Assembly (NCBI GenBank): GCA_032718475.1
Contig: JAUCBJ010000273.1
Span: forward strand, 1-33,361
Direction: 5' to 3'
Origin: Nemertoderma westbladi
Lineage: Eukaryota > Animalia > Xenacoelomorpha
DNA length: 33,361 bases
A program made the translations under genes and the position numbers. Below, one piece after another: positions 8,792-19,266 of the stretch. The notes beneath the pieces were generated by a model. That model was not told the DNA's origin. It searched no databases and was given only the letters and a program-made list of their open reading frames with translations. Each line of letters begins with the position of its first letter. The first letter of the stretch is position 1.

Positions 8792-10689
8792 AACAAATAA
8801 ATCGGATAACGATATGCGTTATCAAAAGGTAAATTAAGTACAATAATACGGACTAATTCAGCAATGAACAAAGAAATCGTACGGAATGCATAAATACTTG
8901 AGACAGTGGAACCCACAATAATTTTAACTAATACGGTAATGCCTAACTTATTTATGCAACTTTTCGAACTCACCCACTCCAATAATTCTCCAGAAAAACA
9001 GATTCCCAGATACAAACCGAACGTGAACCTTTCCGTTTTTAACGTTGCGGACGAAACGCGATTTTCCCAACCAAAGTTGTTGAGTTATCTATCTCCCAAA
9101 CTTGCTAAACACGGTCTTGCTCCCGTTACAGTCTAGAAATGAGTTCTGAATCCTGAAAAACAAAAGAGTTAGGTTTTACTTTACGAAAAATTTTGTACCG
9201 GTACAATATGGTATTTAAACCCTTTTAAACACCGGTATTCAATTCCAAAAATATTTTACACGCGGTTCAAATCAAATTTTATTTCAAAAAATTAGCACTT
9301 AGCTAATCAAATACAAATTTTTACCTCAAAATACAAAATTTTCAAATAACTTTAGTCCTACCGAACCGTAGTTCAGTAAAACACATTCCTACTATTGGAA
9401 GAGACGGTAACAATACCTGCAATATCCTACTGTAAAGTTTGAAATCAAATCATAAATCCGACCTTCTCACCAAAACAGTAAACTCTAAGTAAGCGAATAT
9501 ATTGCAGTATCGATCTCTTATAACCGGTGAGGCAGAAAACAGTCTACGAGCAGACAAACTTCGATAAAACAAATCCCGCGCAGCGAATCCTAAAATCAGG
9601 CTGACTCACTGACGGACTAAGGGGCTCGTATACCTTGCCGCGGTGTGATTTATATGGTTGGGCAAAGAGACGCTAGCTAGGTACAGAGGCAGATATTTGG
9701 AGATGTCTAACTAGCGGGCAAAGCACAGTACGGACAAAGTTAATTTTATATATTTCGAGGTGTAAATAATTTCTAACGCGCGTGTGTTAATTCTGAACGG
9801 TCAAAACAGTTTTGCTCCTTCACATATATAATTACTGGGTACGGTGTGCATTTACGAATATTCTAATTTTGTAACTTGTAGGTCCAATACTCACGAATGA
9901 TAAGGTTCCTTCCCCTCTTGCGTATTTCCAGGACTCAAATTCAGGCATAAGGTTAATACTACGCCCAGAATTCGGCAATTTTAGGTACCAGGTCCCTGAT
10001 ACTAAGAAGAGATGTGTTAGTTTACTACTGTAGGCGTACAGGTACTAATAGCTATCCTGGCTCCTATCTACAATTTTAGTCACCCAGGTAGTCCGGGTAA
10101 CTTCCTATTAGGGCGTTGGCGGGGACACGGTAGATGTTAGTATCCCTGATAGCCTCAATTTATTTGCGCCTAGTGTAAACTGCCCTACCGCCTGAACGGT
10201 ACAATCCCAATTCAGGTGAAAACACAGCAGCCCCCTAGCCTACAAGTTCTGATGTAATGGACACCGTTGTACGGCAAATAGTCGCACACACACCTGTACT
10301 TAGCAAGAGTTAAGCGTACAGTTTGCTGCACCCTAACCAATATGTATGCTTCGTACCGGTGTGCCTACGTCCTATCTGCGTACTAGTATCTGCTTGCTCT
10401 TTCCCTCTCCCCGTAGGAATGTGAAGGTCTACTGTGGGTTTTCCTGAATCAAGACAGTACAGTCCCTATGATGTAATTTTGGGCTTACAGCGTGTCACTA
10501 CGTCTACCTTTTGATCTTTTGGTCTTACACTTAGGTAGCAAGGATCGAACGCTGTCTAACCTTTCAGGCGATGGGCGAATAACTCTAAATGGTATTGCGG
10601 GTTGTCTCTCGTCTACATTCCCGTGATGTTCCCGTTCATTGCTGCGGCCCGATCTCTAGCCGGCCATCCTGTCCCTGAGTTTGTTCACC

Positions 10690-11290
10690 GTAGTGAATCC
10701 ATAGTAAAACAGATAGAAAAGCTGAGAGAATATTCTGACTTTATTACAGAAGATACAATTATAATACAATGTAATCTGAGAATAAACTAAGCACGACAGA
10801 ATATTGATAAGATAATCTGAGAAAGAATGATAGAAATGTGATATATGATAGATTGATAACTAATGAACGAAATCGCACCTTTTTATACCAAATTTGTGCC
10901 GCAATCAATCGAGAAAATTCTCGATTGTTCTATGGGTTCTAACGGGGTTTTAAAGATAGCTATTGGTCCAGCTAATATATAACTTGCACGACATTGGTTA
11001 CAATCAAATAACTACAGCCTCATTGGTACAGACAAATGCAATTAATTTGTAGCGGTTAATTTAAATGAGTTGAAATTCTACGCAAAAAATAATTCGCACT
11101 TACTAGGATTCGAACTCAATACCTACTACACATATAATTTCCAACGCTCTACCGACTGAGCTACTGAACCACTTGACCGATAGATGTACAAATGATAGAA
11201 CCAATACGAATGAGAACTCAAAGCAATCTTTACAAAGTTAATTCGAATAAAATAAAATTTTGAAAATCCACGGCATTTAGGGAATATAAT
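10690..11290 (-). promoter_or_regulatory. Probable 5' LTR of the BEL element (CCAAT x3, HSE-like array, TATA, AATAAA)
   Basis: Minus strand order: CCAAT at 11026-11022, 10997-10993, 10966-10962; nGAAn-type array 10907-10931; TATAAAAA 10887-10880; AATAAA 10745-10740. This is U3-R-U5 order. Termini and PBS not identified. Confidence 0.6.
11084..11170 (-). ncRNA. tRNA-like Pol III cassette (not a functional tRNA)
   Basis: GGTTCAG-TAGCTCAGTCGGTAGAGC (A box, D-arm GCTC/GAGC) ... GAGTTCGAATCC (B box, 11117-11106) ... TTTTTT (11089-11084). Acceptor and anticodon stems do not pair. Confidence 0.7.
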
Positions 11291-11299
11291 TCTATACTA

Positions 11300-11853
11300 C
11301 CGGTAGTACCACGATCTGCGGAGTAAAACGACTTAGACAACTATTTGTTTCAAGGATTGAAACTTGCTACACTTCAACAGATGTGCTACATCACATTAGA
11401 ACCGCGTTTAATGTCACAGTAGAGAAATGCGAACAGATAGCAACTCGGTTTAATTCGTACAACTCATTCGTTGTAACTTGTCGACAGGAAGCGTCAGATA
11501 AGCTACTGAGTGACACAAATCTCCACCTCTGGCCAGAAGGCGTCATTGCTCATTACTGGTCAGGTCCAAGAAATCCGCGATTGCCTACTGATACATCTAT
11601 TGGAAAAAACAACAATCCTGCGTTTATTCCTTCTTCAGATATCTCTACAAGTACTACTACAAAAGATACCGGTACTGGCACTCAACTGGGTAGTAATAAC
11701 CGCGACAGATTGGGTTTGGAAGAGGGAACATCCACCTCTACAGCCTCAGCTGAGAAGGTTGTATTAGTCACGGACGATGACGTCGTCCAAGTGAGCGATC
11801 CTCCGCCTGTTAGCCTCAGTTCCAACATCTACAATCATCTTTCTTCGGAATAG
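11300..11853 (+). CDS. LINE ORF1, C-terminal part (RRM-like region plus S/T-rich tail)
   Basis: The frame is open upstream of the listed 11383 start: GSTTICGVKRLRQLFVSRI...YNSFVV...LWPEGV, a pattern typical of invertebrate LINE ORF1 proteins. No ATG start. Confidence 0.7.
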
Positions 11854-11886
11854 TCTGCGCCGTCTCTAGTAACAATAATCAACATT

Positions 11887-14741
11887 ATGAACACAATGGT
11901 AGAAATCGCATCATATAATACAAATTCCATTCGAACAGCTTCTTGTAGATACACCATACAAAAGTTGCTATCTATGTGTGATGTTCTGTTTCTACAAGAA
12001 CACATGCTGCCACAACAAGATATTGCATATCTACACTCTATAGACTCAGATTTTTCAGCTTCTGGAAGCTCTCCAGTGGATCTTAGTAACGGTATTCTAC
12101 GTGGGCGACCCTTTGGAGGCCTAGCTGTGTTGTGGAGAAAAACTTTAAAAGAGTCCTTCAGTATACTAGATAAGTCTGACCCCAGGCTAATGATAGCTGA
12201 GCTGAAGCTTAACTCGGGGGAATCAGTTATACTGGTAAATGTATATCTGCCGTTTGAATGCTCTGACAACGCAGATCTTTACATGGAATACTTGGGTAAA
12301 ATACAATCAATTTCACGTGCGCGAGGTTCGAATCATTTATTATTTCTTGGTGACTTCAATGCCGATATCAACCGCACCTTCTACTGCCATCTACTCGAGC
12401 TATGTCAGGAGGAAGGGCTCTTGATTGCGGACACTGAGCGTCTGACTAAATCTACATTTACTTATGTAAACCAAACATATAAATCCACATCGTGGTTAGA
12501 TCACTGCCTTGTTTCGGAGGGGCTGAACCAACACATATCGAAGATAGATGTTGGCTATGACCTCGCTATAAACGACCATATTCCCCTTGTTGTAACTGTG
12601 GATAATACTCCATTCACCGGACCGGATGTTGATCCAACTACATTAAATTTTCAAACATCGAAAGTCGTTGGCGGCGCTAAAACCAACTGGTCGGCTTCTT
12701 CGGAGGGACAAAAGGTTTTGTACTCTAACAAATGCGAAGAACTGCTGTCGAAAATTGAAGTTCCTTGGTCTGCAATAAACTGCACAAATACTACATGTTT
12801 AGCTCATAGAGAGGATATTACGAGGTTCAACGACGATATAATTTCGGCTCTAAAGGAGGCAGAAACCCTATCTTTTCCCTCTTCCAAAACTCATTCGGCG
12901 GCATCCGCTCAGTACAACCATATCCCTGGTTGGAACGAAATTGTGAAAGAGAAGTACCTCCATTCGAGAGAGCTCTTCTTAATCTGGCGTGAGATGAACA
13001 GCCCTCGGGGGGGTCCATTACATGCTCAACTACTTAAGGCGAAAGCCCAGTTTAAGCGCGCGTATCGAGGTGCCAAACGGGATGCCGATCAACTTCGATC
13101 AGACCGTTTGGCCAACTCGCTTGCTGGCAATAATCCTCGTGATTTTTGGAAACACGTAAAAAGTAATACTACCTTTCGCACCACGCCTCCCCAAACGGTG
13201 GGTGACGCTAGTGGTGGACCTGCAATTTGCAATCTGTGGGCCGATAATTATAAATTACTATTTAATTCCAATAACTCTCCTATTGGTAGTGTGTCAGGAA
13301 AGGTCAAATCAGCAACCACTAATATTGTCTTTAGTTTAGAAATGCTCGTTTCCCCACGTGAAGTCTTAAGTGCCATTTCTCATTTATCATGCAATAAGGC
13401 ATCAGGTCCTGATTCATTATTTTCTGAAAATATATTGTATGCTCCACGTAGATTACATATTTTTATAAGTTTGTTATATTCATGCTATTTTATTCACGGT
13501 TTTTTACCCTTGTCTATTATAGAATCTAATCTTGTGCCTGTAATTAAAGATAGTAGTGGCCTGGTAACTGACCGCACTAACTATCGCCCAATAGCATTGT
13601 CCTCTATCATGGGCAAACTTTTTGAAATTATTATTCTAGAACGCATTCGTGATATGCTGGTAACTAATGACAATCAGTTTGGTTATAAACGACACTTAGG
13701 TACGGAATTATGTGTGTATTCAATTAAGGAACTCATTAACTACTATTTACGTAATGGTTCTAATGTATACATATCATTCTTAGATGCCTCAAAGGCATTC
13801 GATACTGTATCGTATTCTAAATTATTTGATAAACTTTTTGATAGATGTGTACCACCATATATTTTGAGAATTATTTGTTTTTGGTACGTGAATCAAACTG
13901 TTAGGGTTCTATGGGATGGATACCTATCTGCTCCATTTAACTGTACAAATGGTGTAAGACAAGGTGGAATTCTGAGACCCTATTTCTTTAATGTTCCAAT
14001 AATCTTAGTACGCAGCTAACTAATACTGGTATAGGATCTAGACTTCATCACGTCTGCATTAATCACTTCTTTTATGCCGACGATATTTGCCTTATTTCGA
14101 CATCACCTACTGCTCTGCAAAAATTAATTAATCTGTGTGCATCCTATGCCAACTGCAATAATCTAACTTTCAATACGAAAAAATCTAAGTGTGTTTACTT
14201 TCATTGTAGTACTCGCAATTTTGTTTCTAGTGTACAAATTAAGCTTAATAATGTTGCTCTAGAAATAGTTAATAAATATAAATATTTAGGCCATTATATT
14301 AGTAGTGACTTTGCTGATGACATCGATATCCGTAACCAGATCAGATGTTTTTATGCTCGCGCTAACACACTTCTTAGGAATTTCAGTATGTGCAGTCACA
14401 GTGTAAAGAAACAGCTGTTTATCAGCTTTTGCAGTGGAATTTACTGTAATTCCTTATGGGCTGACACATATTTTTCTAAATCAACTCTTGATCGACTTAG
14501 GGTGGCATATAATACCACAGTGCGTCGTTTATTTGGTTTTAAATACGATAATAGCTATAGTGCGAGTAATATGCTAGTTAGTCTGGGTATTAATGGATTT
14601 CATCATATACGTAGATTTTCAATCATTAGCTTATTTAGAAGGATTGATATGTCAAACAATGATATTCTTGTGTATATCCGTCATTCTAGAACTGATTCAC
14701 AAATTTTTCCTAGTCTATTACAGTGCAAATTAAGTATATAA
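11887..14741 (+). pseudogene. LINE ORF2 (APE endonuclease + RT) with one frameshift near 13995
   Basis: APE: SYN, LQEH, NVYLP, GDFNA, WLDH, NDH. RT: YRPIAL, QFGY, FLDASKAFD, GVRQGG; a new frame from about 14001 gives NHFFYADD (14073-14084) and runs open to 14741. Confidence 0.92.
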
Positions 14742-14876
14742 TAATAACAATATCGTTGTGCTAATTATTACCGGTCTATATTTTATGGAATTAATATTCT
14801 GGAATAAAGAATAATATATATATACTAGGCCTATCCAGTTTTTATCTTTTGAGTCAGACTACAGCCAGACAGCACA

Positions 14877-15344
14877 ATGTCACCGCTCTTAATCTCCACA
14901 GTTGTCATCATTCTGGGCCGTTTCGTTGTGGCAAAACCATCCGATCCGCGGGGGAACCCTGCAACCCACCCAATACCCGTATTGGACTGGTTTGCGGAAC
15001 ACCCTGTCGCTACCGTTTCGAACTGCGGCGCCGAATCGACGGAAATGTGGGCGACGAGTGGATTTAGCCTCTACTGCTCTTGTCGGGGAAGAAGATCTTG
15101 GGTCTCCTCTCCACAAACTAGAGGCCTAATCGGCAAACTCTGTCTTCTGTTTCTGGCTGGGGATATTGAGACCAACCCAGGACCCAGCAGGACGCGGGCC
15201 CCGAAGATCAACTGTCCCGTCTGTCAACGAGGAACAAACTCTCGGAGTAAAATCGCCCAATGCGAGAGTTGTGACACATTTGTACATTTAAAATGTTACC
15301 GTAGGAAAAGCAGTAATTTATTCTCCACCAGAAAACAATCTTGA
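14877..15344 (+). CDS. LINE N-terminal ORF: hydrophobic leader, 2A-like peptide, PHD-like zinc finger (frameshifted at C-terminus)
   Basis: LLFLAGDIETNPGP (DIETNPGP at 15162-15185) matches DxExNPGP; followed by CPVC...CESCDTFVHLKC. Confidence 0.8.
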   Translation: MSPLLISTVVIILGRFVVAKPSDPRGNPATHPIPVLDWFAEHPVATVSNCGAESTEMWATSGFSLYCSCRGRRSWVSSPQTRGLIGKLCLLFLAGDIETNPGPSRTRAPKINCPVCQRGTNSRSKIAQCESCDTFVHLKCYRRKSSNLFSTRKQS

Positions 15345-15496
15345 GCCATGTTTTCTCTGCAATAGCTGTATTTTTACCGAACTTCCCTTTCATGATACTA
15401 TTTTAGAATCAGAAACCAACGATTCATTCCTCACATCGCCTCTGCAAACTCCAAGTGATACTGAGAGTGAAACTTTTACATTTTTTAAGAAAAAAG

Positions 15497-17614
15497 GTCT
15501 GCATTTTTTGCATTTAAATGCACGATCTATGCTTCCCAAGGTCTATGAAAAATTACAGCAAGGAACGCTTTTTAAGTTTGTTAGTTAATTCTGACTGGGA
15601 GCCCTGTTTAAAGGCCGCTGACATTAACCTTGCTTACACTGTTTTTAAAGATATATTTCTAAAGGCACTTAATACTGTAGCACCAATTAAAGAAATTAGT
15701 CTTAAACAACGCACTGAGCACTGGATGACCTCGGGTATTCTTAGTAATATCAGAGAAAGAGATAACTATTTGTATAAATTTAGGAAATACCGTGTTTTAG
15801 CTGATTATAATAATTACTGCAAATATAGAAACCTTGCCCAACGGGAAATAAAAAAAGCGAAATCTGAATATTTGTACAACAAAATACTGTAAGTGAGAAT
15901 AAATATTTAGGTTATAAAAACCTTAAATCTAAATCGAATATTGTTCTGCAAGATAACGGTGAGCTGATTCATGATCATACTCTCTAGTTAGTAATTTATT
16001 TAATAATTATTTTACTAATGTTGCCTCTAATTTAGTTAAGAAGTTACCGTTATCAAGTAATAAATATAGTATAGAGTCCGAAACTCTAAATAATTTTTAT
16101 TTAGAAAAGTTACAAAATTCAGAAAAGTTATTTTTAAAACCCGTTTCTGAGGATTTCGTTTTTCAAAATCTACTTAGCTTATCAGCCTCAAAAAGTACCG
16201 GTCTAGACCTAATACCTGCCCGTTTTCTTAAGGAAGGTGCTGAAGTACTTAAAGTGCCTATTACTTTCATTATTAATTACTCTATCGTAGATAATGTAGT
16301 ACCAGACGAACTGAAATTAGCTAAGGTTGTTCCTCTGTATAAAAAGAATAGTAAAGTAGAACCCTGTAATTACAGACCTGTTAGTATCTTAAGTATTGTA
16401 TCTAAAATTCTAGAACGTTGTTTTTCTACAGCTGGAAGCACATCTTAGTAGGCTAATAATCTGATCTATGAACTTCAGTCCGGTTTTCGTAAATCATATT
16501 CTACAGACACCTGCCTTATTAGCTTAACTGATACAATTAGATGTAATAATGCAAAGGGTTTATATACTGGTATGGTAATGTTGGACCTACAAAAGGCTTT
16601 CGATACTGTAGATCACGAAATTATGTTTGGTAAGTTAGGCCTGATGGGTGTAGGTTCTATAGACTGGTTCAAGTCCTACCTGTCAGACAGAGGTCAAACT
16701 GTAGTCATTAGCAAATCGCAGTCTACTGTACAAGAGATTACCTGTGGTGTACCGCAAGGTAGTATATTTTAGGTCCTCTGCTTTTTGTATGCTATGTAAA
16801 TGATATGATAAGTAGTATAGGTCCCGATTTTAAACTCATTTTATATGCCGACGACAGTGCTCTTATTTTCTCTCATAAAGATCCTATCCATATTTCCCAA
16901 AAGTTAAGTGCAGTTCTCGAATCCTGTAATGAGTGGTTGGTTGATAATAAGCTATCCATTCACTACGGTAAGACTGAAAGTATTTTGTTTGGTTCCAAAA
17001 GAAAGTTAAAGAAGGTAACTAAGTTTGAAGTCACTAGTAATGGACATAAGATTGAAAATAAAAAGGAAGTTAAATATTTAGGCGCCACATTGGATAACTG
17101 CTTATCAGGAGATAGTACAGTGAAAAATATTTTCTCGAAAGTTAACAGTAGGCTTAGGTTTCTATACAGAAATAAAAATAGTTTAAATACCGACTCCCGC
17201 AAGTTACTTTGCCCTTCTTTAATACAGTGTCACATGGACTATGCGTGCACTTCTTGGTATGAAGGCTTAACCAAACAGCTTAAATGTAAATTACAAGTAG
17301 CTCAGAATAAAGTAGTACGATTTATTAAAGACTACAAACCTAGGCACCACCTAACTCCAGATGACTTTTCTGAATCTGGACTACTTAACTTAGATATTAG
17401 AGTTAAGCAGCTACGCCTTAACCATGTGCATAAAGTGTATAATGGTAAATGTCCCAATTACCTAAAACAAAAATTCAACAGAGTACGCGATACACACTCT
17501 TACAGTACCAGAGCTAGTGCTTCAAACTTCTACCTCCCGATTTGTAAATCCTTTGAATCTGATACTTTCTTTTTAACGGCATTAAAAATTGGAACGCTCT
17601 GCCTAATGAAATAA
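15497..17614 (+). pseudogene. LINE APE remnant plus reverse transcriptase, several frameshifts and stops
   Basis: GLHFLHLNARSMLPK (15497-15540); RT pieces [37 protein letters not shown] (YADD 16844-16855), KYLG spread over ORFs 15518, 16254, 16572 and 16805. Confidence 0.92.
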
Positions 17615-18780
17615 AAACCTAGATAATCAACGTTCTTTTAAATCTGCAGTTAAATCTCACCTCCGTGTGCAATGTAAAAATAGGTACAATAGTCCTACAG
17701 TAAGTTATTAGTTTAGTAATTATTTGCTATTTATACTGTAATTACGTTTTATAATAAATTGTTCTGTACATTACATCTTTATCGTTGAGTCGGACATTAT
17801 CACGCTCTCGGTAAAGTTGTACATGTACATAGTGTAATTACGTTTTATATTGGTTTTAGGTTAGTGTAGTGTAATATTGTATTTGTAACCAAGTAACATA
17901 AAGGACCCCCTTGGAAATAAGCTGCAAAGCTTTAGGGGTAATCCGATATGTTATGTTGGACAATACATTTATACCTGTACATTTTTTTGGTGTATTATTT
18001 TGTTATTGTTTTTACATAATGTGTAAATAAATAAATCTATATATGAATACACACAATAAACTCATATCTACTTTGGCTTAGCCAATGGATGCGTTCCAAT
18101 CACAATGGCTTTCTGCCCCACCATTGGCTACTTTTTCCCTTGGCACTCCCTATTCTCTGTGCGCACATGCTAGCTTTCCCTGAGATGGCTTGTAGCCTGA
18201 TATCTCTCCTTGTGATCCATAATTGTTGGGGGGTGGTGCAGGAGGTTTATCGCCCAGTTTAAAATGTTGTTATAAATTAACGGTCAATATATTTCTCCTC
18301 ATTGGGGTATCGTCAGGGCCAAATAGGATTCAAACTACAAAAGAGCAGTACAATATAGATTAGTATAGATAAGTGAATCTGTCTCGGTAGGTGGCGTGTA
18401 GCGAAAGGATCCGCTAACAACTATGAGTTCATAGCTTTCCATTTTCCATTCGCTTCTTAACCTTCTATCTCCCAGTGTTCCCAATTGGGAGCAGTTTTTT
18501 TTAAATTCAATTGGAGTAAATTTAATTTAGGCTTATATTACTTTTTTAATGTTAATATGTTTATGAAGAGTGGAATATTGTTTTTAATTTTCAACTCCCA
18601 GTGTTTTCAAACTTTAATTTGGTCTTTTGGCTTGCCAAATTATGCTAATTCTCATTTTTTTCGATTTTTGGGACATGCAAACAATATTGGTCAAAAACGT
18701 TACAAATTTGATATTCCAAACCAGTGGCGACATTAAAATTCGGTTTTTAAATAATAGCATTATTATTCGAAAAAAAAAAC

Positions 18781-18956
18781 AGCAACAGCGTAAAGACCAA
18801 TGTGGTGAGTGAAGTGGGTTAACTATATTGATCAATTACACGAATGAGTATAGATCGGTACTACACAGACAGACCTATACTTCTATCTGGTAGTTGGCAG
18901 TGCCGTCAGAACCAGGGATGGCAGATAGACGGGCAGGGCCTAAACCGGCTGGCGCA
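18781..18956 (-). repeat. 3' LTR (176 bp)
   Basis: Matches 24580-24755 with 7 substitutions and no indels by manual alignment; begins TGCGCC on the minus strand. Confidence 0.93.
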
Positions 18957-18957
18957 A

Positions 18958-18979
18958 TTTCTTTCGTCTTTTTACCTCT
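18958..18979 (-). promoter_or_regulatory. Polypurine tract
   Basis: Minus strand AGAGGTAAAAAGACGAAAGAAA immediately precedes the 3' LTR. Confidence 0.65.
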
Positions 18980-19177
18980 GGGTATTTCTCCTGTTCGGTA
19001 CACAAAACAAAATATCGGTTCGTAACGAATATTACGTAATTAGGAAAGGACTCGTACTTAACAAACGAAAACAAATTCAAAAATACAAACGAAGCAATTA
19101 AACTAGCGTAAATAATATGTAAGCGCATAACTAAGATAGATAGGGTGTTATGAGATTGCTAACAAAAACTTTAGTAC

Positions 19178-19266
19178 AAAACTTTAGTACAGTTGGCTTT
19201 CCTAAGGATCGAACTCAAGACCGACAGGTTGCAGTTCGGGCGCTCTGCCACCTGAGCTACAGGGGT
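19178..19266 (-). ncRNA. tRNA-like Pol III cassette in the 3' UTR (not a functional tRNA)
   Basis: 73-nt body ACCCCTG-TAGCTCAGGTGGCAGAGC...TTGAG-TTCGATC-CTTAG-GAAAGCCA (19266-19194), then TTTT (19181-19178) and TTTTT (19168-19164). D and T arms pair; the acceptor stem does not. Confidence 0.75.

Larger units (their letters stand above)
1..11290 (-). mobile_element. BEL/Pao (Belpaoviridae) LTR retrotransposon, nearly intact, 3' part outside window
   Basis: Domain order gag-protease-RT-RNase H-integrase on the minus strand with BEL-type motifs: three zinc knuckles, FYVDDG, HCFSDAS, NPADIASRG, GIDCFGP, GGVWERLI. The 5' boundary is approximate because the second LTR is not in the window. Confidence 0.93.
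11300..14820 (+). mobile_element. RTEX-like non-LTR retrotransposon, 5'-truncated
   Basis: Partial ORF1, APE-RT ORF2, AATAAA at 14803-14808 followed by a short (TA)n-like tail; TATACTA at 11293-11299 and 14821-14827 may be a TSD. Clade from recalled motifs (GRPFGGLAVLWRK, GVRQGGIL, YKYLGHII). Confidence 0.8.
14828..18036 (+). mobile_element. CR1-group (Crack/Daphne-like) non-LTR retrotransposon, decayed and internally deleted
   Basis: 2A-like motif, PHD-like finger, start of APE, fragmented RT, 3' stem-like motif ggacccccttggaaataag...ctttaggggtaatcc (17902-17944) and aaataaataaat tail (18025-18036). Confidence 0.85.

Noticed and set aside
10536-10600. Third tRNA-like cassette (GCGTTCGATCC on the minus strand)
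   Set aside because: B-box-like only; no A box, D-arm or terminator.
10645-10672. BEL PBS (CA-GGA-TGGCCGGCTAGAG) or HDV-like ribozyme start GGCCGGC
   Set aside because: No match to a tRNA 3' end I can recall, and no supporting pseudoknot pairings.
18079-18130. 10-bp perfect inverted repeat tagccaatgg/ccattggcta
   Set aside because: Isolated, with no context to suggest function.
19194-19266. Functional tRNA-Cys or tRNA-Ala gene
   Set aside because: The acceptor stem cannot pair and the anticodon arm is malformed; the same holds for 11170-11095.
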